Source of the DNA: Prochlorococcus sp. AG-679-M23
GTDB lineage: Bacteria > Cyanobacteriota > Cyanobacteriia > PCC-6307 > Cyanobiaceae
Direction of reading: 5' to 3'
Length of the DNA: 64,000 nt
Assembly: GCA_003208875.1 (NCBI GenBank)
Contig: QCUR01000001.1
Location: 256,001 to 320,000 of the forward strand
Both the position numbers and the translations under genes were made by a program. Below the pieces are notes generated by a model that saw nothing but the letters and a program-made list of their open reading frames with translations, was not told the origin of the DNA and did not search any database. Positions 42,622 through 52,762 of the stretch are shown here, in pieces (within the stretch, counting starts at the first letter, position 1; the number at the start of each line of letters is the position of its first letter).

Positions 42622-42647
42622 AAAAAAAACCCGTCAAAGACAGGTTT
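42622..42647 (-). terminator. Intrinsic terminator downstream of tRNA-Phe
   Basis: Minus strand AAACCTGTC-TTT-GACGGGTTTTTTTT. Confidence 0.8.
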
Positions 42648-42654
42648 ATAAAGG

Positions 42655-42727
42655 TGCCAGGACCCAGATTTGAACTGGGGACACGGCGATTTTCAGTCGC
42701 CTGCTCTACCAACTGAGCTATCCCGGC
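42655..42727 (-). tRNA. trnF: tRNA-Phe(GAA)
   Basis: Reverse complement GCCGGGATAGCTCAGTTGGTAGAGCAGGCGACTGAAAATCGCCGTGTCCCCAGTTCAAATCTGGGTCCTGGCA. Confidence 0.97.
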
Positions 42728-42822
42728 TCTAACTTATACACTCTAAATTAAGATGTGTAGTTTGTGAAACCTATTTCATTAAATTTTTATATCTTGATTC
42801 AAGATTTAATGAATGAAATGTA

Positions 42823-44052
42823 TTATTTTGCATTAATTGCTAATAAAGCAGTCCCAAATGAAGTCGTTTTTTTACATGAAATTATTGGGATATTAATAAT
42901 CCGTTCTCTAATTGCTCTCCATTGAGGATTTTTTGAACCTCCACCAGTAGTAATAATTCTTTTTGGAAGTGAACCAGTCAGCTCATATAGTTTTTCCCAA
43001 CCTTTTAATTCAATTCTTGCTAACCCCTCGAACAATGCATGTAAAAAAAGTGAGTCGCTTACAGGCCTAGGGCTAAGAATTGGCTCCAAAAAAGGGTTAT
43101 TAACAGGAAATCTTTCACCCCTACTATTGAGTGGCAAAAGATTTAGGGAAGTTTTTATTGAAGGATTTATTTGTCTGCTAAGTTCTTTTATTTCTAAATC
43201 AGAAAAAAATTGAGATAAAATTCCACAGCCAGCGTTTGATGCCCCTCCACATATCCAGTTATCACTTACTCGATGGGTTGTAATTCCCTTTTCTTTGATC
43301 GGGGTCTTATTAATTTTTTTTACTACGATTGTGGTTCCTAAAACTGTTAAGCCTTCTTCATTTCCCAATCCTGCAGCTAAAAAAGCTGCATTTGAATCAG
43401 TTGTCCCCGAGACTAATAATATTTTCTTATTTAATTTGAATCTTTCGGCTAAGTCAGTATCGATTTGACCCAAGATTTTTCCACTTTTAATTATTAAAGG
43501 TAAGCATTTTTGCCATGAAGTTTTGAGATAACTTTTTGGCCAAGATTCTTTTATTAGATTCCAACCAAGTTTAATATTATTGCCTTCTTCTCCATATGTC
43601 CAATCTTTCAAAAACCAGCCAGTTATCAAGTCAGATTGATGTCTTAAAATAATATTTTCCCCAAATTTATCTATTAGTTTTAATGCTTTAGCTAAACTAC
43701 TGTACGGGGTTTGTAAATGATCTTCTCCAACCGTTATGGATTCAATAAGTATTTTGTTTTCATTACATGCTTGGTCGTAAGGTATAGCTTCCCCTAACGG
43801 GTCCCCTCTTAAAGTACAAGCCGTTAAAGTTCCAGAAGTACCGGATATTGCTAAATTAACAATATTTTTTTTAATATCTAGAGGTAAATTATCTAGAAGT
43901 TTTTCACAAGAATTAATCCAAGAGTTGGGATTTTTAAAGCCATATTGATATGGAACTGAATTCGTATATTTTAATTCCTTTTTCAAATTAATTATGGATA
44001 TTCTTGCGCCACTAGTCCCAAAATCTAAGCCCCCAAAAAAATTATCTGGCAT
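42823..44052 (-). CDS. FGGY-family carbohydrate kinase (D-ribulose-kinase-like)
   Basis: GLDFGTSGAR, GTTDSNAA, GGASNAG, GERFP and TTGGGSKN. Confidence 0.88.
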   Translation of the reverse strand: MPDNFFGGLDFGTSGARISIINLKKELKYTNSVPYQYGFKNPNSWINSCEKLLDNLPLDIKKNIVNLAISGTSGTLTACTLRGDPLGEAIPYDQACNENKILIESITVGEDHLQTPYSSLAKALKLIDKFGENIILRHQSDLITGWFLKDWTYGEEGNNIKLGWNLIKESWPKSYLKTSWQKCLPLIIKSGKILGQIDTDLAERFKLNKKILLVSGTTDSNAAFLAAGLGNEEGLTVLGTTIVVKKINKTPIKEKGITTHRVSDNWICGGASNAGCGILSQFFSDLEIKELSRQINPSIKTSLNLLPLNSRGERFPVNNPFLEPILSPRPVSDSLFLHALFEGLARIELKGWEKLYELTGSLPKRIITTGGGSKNPQWRAIRERIINIPIISCKKTTSFGTALLAINAK

Positions 44053-44058
44053 GAATAA

Positions 44059-45300
44059 TTATAAAAGTATTTTTGAGGCCTCTACTAGTTGGGCTGATTT
44101 TTCTTCAACTCGTTCCCAAGGAAGATTTAGATCATTTCTACCAAAGTGTCCATAAGATGCAGTTTTTCTGAAAAATTCCCCACCCATTTTTTTGGGAAGA
44201 TTTCTTAAATCAAACTCTTTTATTATTGCTGCAGGCCTTAAATCAAAGTTGTTTTTAATAAGTTCTTTCAAATTATCTTGAGAAATAACACCAGTACCAA
44301 ATGTTTCAACAAGAATTGAAATTGGTTTGGCAACTCCAATGGCATAACTTAATTGTACTTCTGCTTTTTTTGCTAATTTTGCTTTAACAATACTTTTAGC
44401 GACATAACGTGCAGCATATGCAGCTGATCTGTCAACTTTAGTAGGATCTTTACCAGAGAATGCCCCCCCTCCATGCCTTGCATATCCTCCATAAGTATCT
44501 ACAATGATTTTTCTACCAGTAAGTCCTGCATCTCCTTGAGGTCCCCCTACTACAAATTTACCTGTAGGGTTTACCAGAAATCTGGTCTTTTGACTTGATG
44601 GTTTGATTTCTAAATCTTCTGTTGCTGGCATTACAACATTTATCCATAAATCTTCTTTTATCTTTTGACGAATTTCTTCTTCATTTGTAATTCCATCAAT
44701 CTCAGCCGTATGCTGAGTTGAAATTAAAATTGTATTTATTGAAACTGGGACCCCTTTTTTGTAATCAATACTTACTTGAGTTTTTCCATCAGGTAGAAGA
44801 TAATCAAGAACTTTTTCATGTCTTACTTTTGCAAGTTGTATTGCTAATCTGTGAGCCAAGCTAATTGGTAATGGCATTAATTCAGGTGTTTCATCACATG
44901 CATAGCCAAACATTATCCCCTGATCACCAGCCCCAGTATTATTTTCCAAGTCCTCATTCATATCATCTGCTTCATTTACTCCTTGGGAAATATCAGGTGA
45001 TTGCTCGTCAAGAGCTACTAAAACGGCGCAGCTATTTGAGTCAAAACCTCCAGCTTTTGAACTTTCATATCCAATTTCTTTGATTACTTTTCTGACAAGT
45101 TTTATATAATCAAGCTTTGCTCTAGAAGTTATTTCACCTGTAAGTAAGCAAAGGCCTGTGTTGACTACTGTTTCGCAGGCCACTCTACTTTCAGGGTCTT
45201 CAGCCAATAAAGCATCTAAAACAGCGTCACTGATTTGATCACATATCTTGTCTGGATGACCTTCCGTTACAGATTCAGAAGTAAAAATAAAATCACTCAT
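44059..45300 (-). CDS. metK: S-adenosylmethionine synthetase
   Basis: [19 protein letters not shown] and [16 protein letters not shown]. Confidence 0.98.
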   Translation of the reverse strand: MSDFIFTSESVTEGHPDKICDQISDAVLDALLAEDPESRVACETVVNTGLCLLTGEITSRAKLDYIKLVRKVIKEIGYESSKAGGFDSNSCAVLVALDEQSPDISQGVNEADDMNEDLENNTGAGDQGIMFGYACDETPELMPLPISLAHRLAIQLAKVRHEKVLDYLLPDGKTQVSIDYKKGVPVSINTILISTQHTAEIDGITNEEEIRQKIKEDLWINVVMPATEDLEIKPSSQKTRFLVNPTGKFVVGGPQGDAGLTGRKIIVDTYGGYARHGGGAFSGKDPTKVDRSAAYAARYVAKSIVKAKLAKKAEVQLSYAIGVAKPISILVETFGTGVISQDNLKELIKNNFDLRPAAIIKEFDLRNLPKKMGGEFFRKTASYGHFGRNDLNLPWERVEEKSAQLVEASKILL

Positions 45301-45439
45301 TTATTAATAATTTAGGAATAAACTAATCCTAAATTAAATCGTAAATATTAATCAATAGTTATTAACTTGAAATTACAATAATTTTTCTAATCTAGAATTA
45401 ATTTTGTATATTAGTTTTTAATAAATTAAAAATAAGAGT

Positions 45440-46531
45440 TTACACGCTTTCTGCAATCTCGACTGTCTGCTCCTCATTCTCATCAGTTTGCTCAAGTAAC
45501 ATTTGCTTATATTTTGCAGCCATTTCTTCAGCTTTATTAAAAACTTTTTGTGGATCAGTTAGCATATCGCCTGGTTCGGGTTCTAGAGCTTTGGTTGATA
45601 AAGAGATTCTACCTCTCTCGGAATCTAAGTCTATAATCATTACTTTCATCTGATCATTAACATTTAAAACATTATGAGGTGTTTCAATATGTTCATGACT
45701 AATTTCAGAAATATGTAGAAGACCGCTCACACCACCTATATCAATAAAAGCGCCATAAGGTTTAATTCCCTTTACTGAACCTACAACAACTTCTCCAACT
45801 TCAAGTCTATTCATTTTTTTCTCAACTAAAGCTCTTCTATGACTTAAAACTAATCTATTTCTTTCTTCATCCACCTCAAGAAATTTTAAAGGTAAATATT
45901 CTCCTTCCAAATCTTCTTTTATTTTTCTAGCACTAATATGAGATCCAGGGATAAAGCCTCTCAAGCCCTCAACTCTGACTAGAGCCCCACCCCTGTTTGT
46001 GGCAAAAACCTCGGAATATATAGTTGCATCTTCTTTTTGTAATTGTCTCACTCTTTCCCATGCTCTTTGATATTCTATCCTCCTAATAGATAAAGCTAAT
46101 TGCCCATCTTCATTCTCCTCACTCATTATAAAAAATTCTCTACTTTCTGAAGGTTGTAAAACATCACTTAGTCCTTCAACTCTATTTATAGAAACTTCTT
46201 GCATAGGCATAAAAGCTGCAGTTTTAGCTCCTATATCTATCATTGCTCCTTTGGGCTCTAAAGCAAAAACTGTACCTTTTACAAGATCGCCTGGTTTAAA
46301 ATTATAGTCATACTTTCCTAATAATGATGCAAATTCTTCTTGAGTAAATCCTGCTGTATCCAAATCACTATTTCTTCTGCTTGAAGAAGAATCTGCAGAG
46401 GGAATATCTTTATGGTCAAATGATAAATCTTCCTCTTTTGGAGTCTCTGAATTATTTTCTTCTAGGGTTGAATTTTCAATTTCTTTTTCGTCTGAAATTT
46501 CTTTTACGATTTGGGAAGGATTTTCGATCAT
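45440..46531 (-). CDS. rps1: 30S ribosomal protein S1 (cyanobacterial three-S1-domain type)
   Basis: IDIGAKTAAF, GLRGFIPGSH and GVSGLLHISEIS. Confidence 0.96.
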   Translation of the reverse strand: MIENPSQIVKEISDEKEIENSTLEENNSETPKEEDLSFDHKDIPSADSSSSRRNSDLDTAGFTQEEFASLLGKYDYNFKPGDLVKGTVFALEPKGAMIDIGAKTAAFMPMQEVSINRVEGLSDVLQPSESREFFIMSEENEDGQLALSIRRIEYQRAWERVRQLQKEDATIYSEVFATNRGGALVRVEGLRGFIPGSHISARKIKEDLEGEYLPLKFLEVDEERNRLVLSHRRALVEKKMNRLEVGEVVVGSVKGIKPYGAFIDIGGVSGLLHISEISHEHIETPHNVLNVNDQMKVMIIDLDSERGRISLSTKALEPEPGDMLTDPQKVFNKAEEMAAKYKQMLLEQTDENEEQTVEIAESV

Positions 46532-46540
46532 TTGTTAAAA

Positions 46541-46596
46541 CGCAGACCACCTAAGATGGTTAGAAAGGAACGCTTTTAGCCTGCAAACTAAAGAGC
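46541..46596 (-). ncRNA. Structured 5' leader of rps1 (consistent with the Cyano-S1/cyano-30S cis-regulatory motif)
   Basis: Minus strand GCTCTTTAG-TTTGCAGG-CTAAAAGC hairpin, then ACCATC-TTA-GGTGGT hairpin, then CTGC complementary to the loop GCAG. It ends about 10 nt before the ATG. Confidence 0.7.
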
Positions 46597-46638
46597 AAAT
46601 TATTTGTAAGTTATATTCTACACTTTAGTAGGCTAAAT

Positions 46639-47118
46639 TTATAAAATTGAAGCTAATTCATTTTTTGAACTACCTTTTAGGGACTCAAGAGTGGAGACAA
46701 AGTCTTTTACCCCATTAAATTCCCTGTAGACTGATGCATATCTTATATAAGCAACTTCGTTTTCTTTCCTTAAGCCTTTAAGAATTAATTCTCCAATTTG
46801 AGAAGATTTAATATCTTTATTTGAGTCTTGTATGATTTGCGATTCAATTGAGTCAACAAAATTGATAATCGATTCTCTCGAAAATGTTGTTTTTTCGCAT
46901 GCTCTAGATATTCCAGTAACTAATTTATCTTTATTAAATAATTCTCGGCTCCCATCTTTTTTAAGAACAGAAATTGGCATTGTTTCAACTCTTTCATATG
47001 TGGTAAATCTAAAGCTGCAATTTAAACACTCTCTTCTTCTTCTGACACTTTTTCCAGTATCAGCAGATCTTGATTCTAAAACTCTACTATCTGTATTTTG
47101 GCAGGTGGGGCACTGCAT
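46639..47118 (-). CDS. nrdR: Transcriptional repressor NrdR
   Basis: MQCPTC...[15 protein letters not shown] Zn ribbon, ATP cone and AYIRYASVY. Confidence 0.96.
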   Translation of the reverse strand: MQCPTCQNTDSRVLESRSADTGKSVRRRRECLNCSFRFTTYERVETMPISVLKKDGSRELFNKDKLVTGISRACEKTTFSRESIINFVDSIESQIIQDSNKDIKSSQIGELILKGLRKENEVAYIRYASVYREFNGVKDFVSTLESLKGSSKNELASIL

Positions 47119-47181
47119 ATAGTGAATTAATACTATCTTCAACTCTAATAGTAGATTAATATCACGATAATGAAAAGTGGC

Positions 47182-47218
47182 AAAAAAAAACCCCCCTATT
47201 TATAAGAGGGTTTTTTTT
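47182..47218. terminator. Intrinsic terminator after psbT (A-run and T-run on both sides)
   Basis: AAAAAAAAACCCCCCTATTTATAAGAGGGTTTTTTTT. Confidence 0.8.
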
Positions 47219-47221
47219 ACT

Positions 47222-47320
47222 TTATTTTCTGTCAAATTTAGGTGGATCTCTAAAAGCGACTGCAAAAAATAGAGTAACAACTGCGAGAGTTAAGATAAGA
47301 ACGTAAGCAAAAGCTTCCAT
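47222..47320 (-). CDS. psbT: Photosystem II protein T
   Basis: Hand-translated: [32 protein letters not shown], directly after psbB. Confidence 0.96.
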   Translation of the reverse strand: MEAFAYVLILTLAVVTLFFAVAFRDPPKFDRK

Positions 47321-47343
47321 GAGAAAAAATAATAAAGTTTAAA

Positions 47344-48867
47344 TTAAATCCTTCCTGGGATTCGTCTAGTGGTTTCGTCTCCAAGTTTCTTAAAGAGACC
47401 AAATTCAACTTGATCACCTATCTCAGAGTCAATACCAGCAAAGGAATCTTTGTAAAGTGTTCTTGAAGCATGCCACCAATGACCAAATAAGAATAATAAT
47501 CCGAAACATAAATGTGCATAAGTAAACCAAGCTCTTGGGGAACTTCGGAATACACCATCAGATTTATAAGTTTCTCTATCAAACTTGAATGCTTCACCAA
47601 GTTGTGCTTTCCTAGCTAATCTTTTAACTACAGCAGGATCTGTGAATGTTTGACCATTAAGATCACCTCCATAAATAGTCGCTGTGATGCCAGTTTGTTC
47701 AAATGAATACTTTGCTTCAGCTCTTCTAAATGGGATGTCAGCTCTCACATTCCCTTCCTTATCTTCCAAAATAACTGGGAAGTTTTCAAAGAAGTTTGGA
47801 ATTCTTCTAACTTCTAAATCATTGCCCTCTTTATCAGTAAAGGCAATATGCCCTTGCCAACCTGTTGGTAAACCATCTCCATTTACAAGAGCACCAACCC
47901 TAAACAATCCTCCTTTCGCAGGGCTGTTTCCTACATAATCGTAGAATGCAAGCTTTTCTGGAATTGAAGCATATGCTTCTTCCTTAGTTGCTCCATTATC
48001 AATAGCTGTTTGAACTCTCCTGTTTATTTCAGTTTTGAAGTAACCAGAGTCCCATTGATATCTTGTTGGTCCAAACAATTCAATAGGAGTGGTGGCAGAG
48101 CCATACCACATTGTTCCTGCAACAACAAAAGATACAAATAAAACGGCAGCAAGAGCACTAGCTAATACTCCCTCCAAACTTCCAAGCTTAAGGGCTCTAT
48201 AAAGCCTTTCTCCAGGTCTATTTGTGATGTGAAATATTCCACCAATAATACCCAAAAGGCCAGCTGCAATATGATTCGCAACTATTCCACCAGGATTAAA
48301 GGGATTAAATCCATCTGCTCCCCAAGATGGTGCGACCTGTTCGACATGACCAGTTAAACCATAGGGATCTGAAATCCAAATGCCGACGTTCGCGCAATGA
48401 AAAGCTCCAAATCCAAAGCAAGTAATACCTGATAAAAGAAGATGAATCCCAAATATTCTAGGGAGATCAAGAGCAGGTTCCCCAGTTCTTTCATCTTCCC
48501 ATAGATCTAAATCCCAATATGTCCAATGCCAGATTGAAGCGAGCATTAAAAGTCCACTAAAAACAATGTGAGCGGCTGCAACACCTTCGAAGCTCCAGAA
48601 TCCTGGATCCACCCCAGTAGCACCAGTTATATCCCATCCGTTCCAACTACTTGTGATCCCTAATCTCGCCATGAATGGCATGACATACATTCCCTGTCTC
48701 CACATTGGATTGAGAACAGCGTCTGAAGGATCAAAAATGGCTAATTCATATAAAGCCATAGAACCGGCCCAGCCGGCTAATAATGCAGTATGCATGAGAT
48801 GCACAGCAAGTAGTCGACCGGGGTCGTTGATAACTACTGTGTGAACTCTATACCAAGGCAATCCCAT
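47344..48867 (-). CDS. psbB: Photosystem II CP47
   Basis: [29 protein letters not shown] and [11 protein letters not shown]. Confidence 0.99.
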   Translation of the reverse strand: MGLPWYRVHTVVINDPGRLLAVHLMHTALLAGWAGSMALYELAIFDPSDAVLNPMWRQGMYVMPFMARLGITSSWNGWDITGATGVDPGFWSFEGVAAAHIVFSGLLMLASIWHWTYWDLDLWEDERTGEPALDLPRIFGIHLLLSGITCFGFGAFHCANVGIWISDPYGLTGHVEQVAPSWGADGFNPFNPGGIVANHIAAGLLGIIGGIFHITNRPGERLYRALKLGSLEGVLASALAAVLFVSFVVAGTMWYGSATTPIELFGPTRYQWDSGYFKTEINRRVQTAIDNGATKEEAYASIPEKLAFYDYVGNSPAKGGLFRVGALVNGDGLPTGWQGHIAFTDKEGNDLEVRRIPNFFENFPVILEDKEGNVRADIPFRRAEAKYSFEQTGITATIYGGDLNGQTFTDPAVVKRLARKAQLGEAFKFDRETYKSDGVFRSSPRAWFTYAHLCFGLLFLFGHWWHASRTLYKDSFAGIDSEIGDQVEFGLFKKLGDETTRRIPGRI

Positions 48868-49090
48868 CGGTTAAATTCTTGTGACAATGCTGAATGAACA
48901 GCTAAACATCATGATAGTAAGGGTTTTTTGGGCATTGAGAGAGTTTTGTAAATAAATTAATTTCCTTAGTAAAACTGCTCAGATAAACTTGTATCACTTT
49001 AGTTTGAGGGAATTTTTAGCAAAAATATGTTAATATTTTGGTCACAATTCTCAAAGTAAAGCGCCAAAATAGATAAAAATAACAAAAAAA

Positions 49091-49453
49091 ATGGCAATTA
49101 TCAGATTCATCCGTGAAGGAATAGATATCGAATGCAAACCTGGAGAAAATCTGAGAGAGTTAGTAATCAGAGAGAAATTACAACTTTATGGATTAAAGGG
49201 CATACTTGGAAATTGCGGTGGTGTTGGGCAATGCAGTACTTGTTTCGTTTCTGTTGAAGGGGGAGCGAAAAACTCGCTAAGTCCTTTAACTTCTGTCGAG
49301 GAAGAAAAACTCAATAATAGACCTGATAACTGGAGACTTGCCTGTCAAACTCTCATCAATTCATCTGCGGTAATACTTACTAAGCCTCAATCTCCTCCAT
49401 CAAATTTGAAAGATTTGAAAAAATCTGCTGAAAGCAAAAAATTACCTAGATAA
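49091..49453 (+). CDS. 2Fe-2S ferredoxin-like protein
   Basis: NCGGVGQCSTC...RLACQ. Confidence 0.92.
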   Translation: MAIIRFIREGIDIECKPGENLRELVIREKLQLYGLKGILGNCGGVGQCSTCFVSVEGGAKNSLSPLTSVEEEKLNNRPDNWRLACQTLINSSAVILTKPQSPPSNLKDLKKSAESKKLPR

Positions 49454-49555
49454 ATTGTTTAAGACTGTTAATGAGTTAGTCGACTTTTTGGTTTTTTTCA
49501 CTTAATTCCTAATTGAATGTCTATAGTCTTATTATTATTAAATTTGTCTTTTTAA

Positions 49556-49708
49556 ATGGAAACAACAAATTTTGGTTTCGTAGCAAGTCTTCTATTTGTA
49601 GGAATACCAACTATTTTCCTTATTGGTTTATTTATTTCAACCCAAGATGGAGAAAAATCAAGCTTTTATTCAGATTCTAGCAAAGGTAAACTTGGCCCAA
49701 AACGCTAA
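49556..49708 (+). CDS. psbM: Photosystem II protein M
   Basis: Hand-translated: METTNFGFVASLLFVGIPTIFLIGLFISTQDGEKSSFYSDSSKGKLGPKR. Confidence 0.94.
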   Translation: METTNFGFVASLLFVGIPTIFLIGLFISTQDGEKSSFYSDSSKGKLGPKR

Positions 49709-49720
49709 ATTAACTGCTTA

Positions 49721-50590
49721 ATGTTTCTTATTTCTGCTGAAAAATTTTCATTGTGGAAAAAAAAACAAATATCAAAAGGAGGGGATAACCATTCTCTCAA
49801 TCTTTTGCTTGAATCATTAGGTGGATTATCAAATATAGAATTAAATTTACTTAAAATAAATTCAGAAAAAAATTTAAATTTAAAAGTAAATTTAGACTTG
49901 ATTGAGTCTTTTTGGGATAAACACCTTAATACCTCTATACCTATACAATATTTAAGTGGAATTTCTTTTTGGAGGAATCTAAAATTAGAAGTTTCAAATA
50001 GAGTTCTTATCCCGCGACCAGAGACAGAACTTATTATTGATATTATTTCGGGCATATTCAAAAATAAGGAAGAAAAAATAACCTTTGTAGATCTAGGAAC
50101 TGGTTCGGGTGCGATTAGCATAGCTTTAGCACTTGAGAATCCAAACTGGAATGGAATTGCAACTGATATAGATAAAAATGCTATTAAAATTGCATCGAGG
50201 AATTTTGCAACTTACTCTAATCAATCAAATTTGAAATTTTATAATGGAAATTGGTGGAATCCTCTTAAAAATTTCAAAGGTGAAATTGATTTTGCGGTAT
50301 CAAATCCTCCGTATATTCCCCAAGAAACTTATGAAGTATTACCAAAAGAGGTAAAGAGTTTTGAGCCTAAACTTGCTCTTTTGGGAGGGAAAGAAGGCCT
50401 AGATCATATAAATGAAATAGTTCAAAATGCCCCCCATTACTTAAAAGACAAAGGGTGGTTATTGATTGAGAATCATTTTGATCAAGGTGAGAAAGTTAAA
50501 AAATTATTTCTTGAAAATAAATTTACTTCTGTAAAAGTTTTAAAAGATTTTTCTGGGATTGGAAGATTTACAATAGGAAGATATAAATAA
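49721..50590 (+). CDS. prmC: Release factor glutamine methyltransferase
   Basis: PIQY, VLIPRPETE, DLGTGSG and SNPPYI. Confidence 0.95.
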   Translation: MFLISAEKFSLWKKKQISKGGDNHSLNLLLESLGGLSNIELNLLKINSEKNLNLKVNLDLIESFWDKHLNTSIPIQYLSGISFWRNLKLEVSNRVLIPRPETELIIDIISGIFKNKEEKITFVDLGTGSGAISIALALENPNWNGIATDIDKNAIKIASRNFATYSNQSNLKFYNGNWWNPLKNFKGEIDFAVSNPPYIPQETYEVLPKEVKSFEPKLALLGGKEGLDHINEIVQNAPHYLKDKGWLLIENHFDQGEKVKKLFLENKFTSVKVLKDFSGIGRFTIGRYK

Positions 50591-50610
50591 ATTATTAGTT
50601 AATAATTTTA

Positions 50611-51192
50611 ATGAATGTCATAGATCAAAAATTAGCTTTAGAAAAACTAAATAGTGGTTTCCCTGTAGTTTTTCAGACAGACACTTTACCGGCAATTGGA
50701 TGCTTACCAAAGTTTTCAGAAATAATTTATGAGATAAAAAAAAGAGATATCAGAAAACCTTTAATTTTAATGGGAGCTGAAAAATTTCAATTTGATGATT
50801 ATGTTGATGAATCGGCATTAGATGATTACAAATATATTGCATCTTCTTATTGGCCAGGACCCTTAACAATCATTGTTCCGATTTCTGAAAAAAGAAGATC
50901 ATTTTCAACTAGTAGTAACTATACAATTGGTTTACGAATACCAAATTCAAAAATGGCTAAACTACTCTTAAAGAAAAGTGGTCCATTACTAACATCAAGT
51001 GCAAACATATCAGGTATGCCTACAGCTACTAATGCAAAAGAAATTTCGATTAGTTTGCCGAATGTAAATATTTTAGGACCCGTTCCCTGGGAAAATTGCA
51101 GTGGTAATGCAAGTACAATAATTTCTTGGGCGAATCATGGGAAATGGAAAATAATAAGAGAAGGTGATATCTCAATTACAGGTATAAATTAA
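50611..51192 (+). CDS. tsaC: Threonylcarbamoyl-AMP synthase (Sua5/YrdC/TsaC)
   Basis: TDT, KKR..KPL, WPGPLT, GLRIP, SSANISG and STI. Confidence 0.9.
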   Translation: MNVIDQKLALEKLNSGFPVVFQTDTLPAIGCLPKFSEIIYEIKKRDIRKPLILMGAEKFQFDDYVDESALDDYKYIASSYWPGPLTIIVPISEKRRSFSTSSNYTIGLRIPNSKMAKLLLKKSGPLLTSSANISGMPTATNAKEISISLPNVNILGPVPWENCSGNASTIISWANHGKWKIIREGDISITGIN

Positions 51193-51368
51193 TGCTTCTT
51201 CTTATTTTTTTTATCTTGTTGACACAAACTTTTTCTTATTGGATTTTCGAACCTTTAACAGCATTTTTAACTCATCTATTGGAGATAAGATTTTTGCCAA
51301 CTTTTCTTTTATTCATTTTTATTTTTCTATTTTGGACAAAAAAAGAGGAATCAAATATAGAACTTTGA
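51192..51368 (+). CDS. Small hypothetical membrane protein (58 aa)
   Basis: The ATG overlaps the tsaC stop (TAATG). Hand-translated: MLLLIFFILLTQTFSYWIFEPLTAFLTHLLEIRFLPTFLLFIFIFLFWTKKEESNIEL. Confidence 0.55.
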   Translation: MLLLIFFILLTQTFSYWIFEPLTAFLTHLLEIRFLPTFLLFIFIFLFWTKKEESNIEL

Positions 51369-51371
51369 AAA

Positions 51372-51443
51372 TGCCGGCTAACAGATTTGAACTGATGACC
51401 TTCGCTTTACAAAAGCGCTGCTCTACCGCTGAGCTAAGCCGGC
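51372..51443 (-). tRNA. trnT: tRNA-Thr(UGU)
   Basis: Reverse complement GCCGGCTTAGCTCAGCGGTAGAGCAGCGCTTTTGTAAAGCGAAGGTCATCAGTTCAAATCTGTTAGCCGGCA. Confidence 0.93.
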
Positions 51444-51506
51444 ATAAATTTTATTTTACATACAGCTAGGTGTTATTTGATAATTTATTAATTTTGATTT
51501 TAAAAT

Positions 51507-51827
51507 TTATTTCTTTTTCTGTGTGTCTTCATTTTTTTTAAATTCAATTTCTCCAGTAAGAGTTCTTTTTATAGGAAGATTCGCAACTAACGCTGTCATT
51601 CTATCTTCGGTTTCTAGACTTACAGCTACTTCCTCAAAATCAATCTCAACATATTTAGCAACAACATCAAGTATTTCTTTTCTCATCTTATCCAAAAGAT
51701 CTGTTGTCAATGAACTCATGTCAACTCTGTCATGAGCTAAAACTAATTGCAATCTTTCTCTAGCAGTATTGGCACTAGCCGTTTCTCTGCCTAGCAATTT
51801 GTTTATTAGGTCCCTGAGAGTCATCAT
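51507..51827 (-). CDS. minE: Cell division topological specificity factor
   Basis: [17 protein letters not shown] and ALVANLP. Confidence 0.96.
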   Translation of the reverse strand: MMTLRDLINKLLGRETASANTARERLQLVLAHDRVDMSSLTTDLLDKMRKEILDVVAKYVEIDFEEVAVSLETEDRMTALVANLPIKRTLTGEIEFKKNEDTQKKK

Positions 51828-51829
51828 TT

Positions 51830-52645
51830 TTAAAAAATCTTTGTTTGCATTAATCTCATGAATTTATCTTTAAGGCTTTTCCCTTCATTTTTTGGATCGA
51901 TAATTGGAATATCTTTTCCTGCAAGCCTTTGAGATACATTTAAATAGCATTTTTTAGCAGGAGATTTACTATCAGAAAGAGTGAGGGGTTCCCCTCTGTT
52001 TGTACTTATTATTACTTGTTCATCCTCTAAAACAATACCCAGCAATGGTAATGAAAGAATACTTTGAACATCTTCTATCGAGAGCATTTCTTGATTAGCC
52101 ATCATATTGGGGCGAACTCTATTAATTACTAACTGTATTGGCTTTATATCAGAAGTATTTAAAATTCCTATAACTCTATCTGCATCACGAACTGCAGATA
52201 ATTCTGGGTTTGTAACCACTATGGCTTCTTTGCATGCTGAAAGAGCATTTTTAAAACCATCTTCAACTCCTGCAGGACAATCTACTAAAACGTAATCAAA
52301 CTTCTCACTAAGTAATTTACTGATTTGTTTCATATCTTCAGGCTTCATCCAGTCAAGCATCCTAGGATCACCAGCTGGTAATAGAGCTAAATTCGGCTCC
52401 TTTTTATGTCTAACTAATGCTTGATCAAGACGACAATTCTTGTCTAAAACATCTTGCGCTGTATAAATAATACGATTCTCCAAACCTAATAGAAGATCTA
52501 GATTCCTCAATCCAAAATCAGCATCTAACACAGCTGTTGTAGCTCCACTATTTGCTAGGGCAATACCAAGGTTTGCCGTTAGGGTAGTTTTACCAACCCC
52601 ACCTTTGCCGGAACAGATCAAAATAGTGCGAGTATTTTTCGACAC
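51830..52645 (-). CDS. minD: Septum site-determining ATPase
   Basis: [29 protein letters not shown] and SAVRDADR. Confidence 0.97.
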   Translation of the reverse strand: MSKNTRTILICSGKGGVGKTTLTANLGIALANSGATTAVLDADFGLRNLDLLLGLENRIIYTAQDVLDKNCRLDQALVRHKKEPNLALLPAGDPRMLDWMKPEDMKQISKLLSEKFDYVLVDCPAGVEDGFKNALSACKEAIVVTNPELSAVRDADRVIGILNTSDIKPIQLVINRVRPNMMANQEMLSIEDVQSILSLPLLGIVLEDEQVIISTNRGEPLTLSDSKSPAKKCYLNVSQRLAGKDIPIIDPKNEGKSLKDKFMRLMQTKIF

Positions 52646-52762
52646 AGAAAATGAATAATTTCACAAATAATAAGCTAGTTTTAAAAAATTGAAATTTTGT
52701 AAAAGTTAAGTAATACTTAAATTTATTTCTTATAAATAAATTTATTTCAAAATATTTATTTG

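Noticed and set aside
42488..42712. 74-aa ORF over tRNA-Phe (and the 76-aa ORF 51239-51469 over tRNA-Thr)
   Set aside because: Both run through tRNA genes, which explain the sequence better.
7079..51192. Several tRNA/translation modification genes (tgt, selD, nucleotidyltransferase, prmC, tsaC) as a possible dedicated system, or tgt as a DNA-modification dpd gene
   Set aside because: They are scattered over more than 40 kb among core genes. tgt has canonical tRNA-TGT motifs and no dpd or que neighbours.
52718..52748. TAAATTTATTTC direct repeat and inverted repeat between minC and minD
   Set aside because: It is almost pure A/T in a very AT-rich spacer and is expected by chance.
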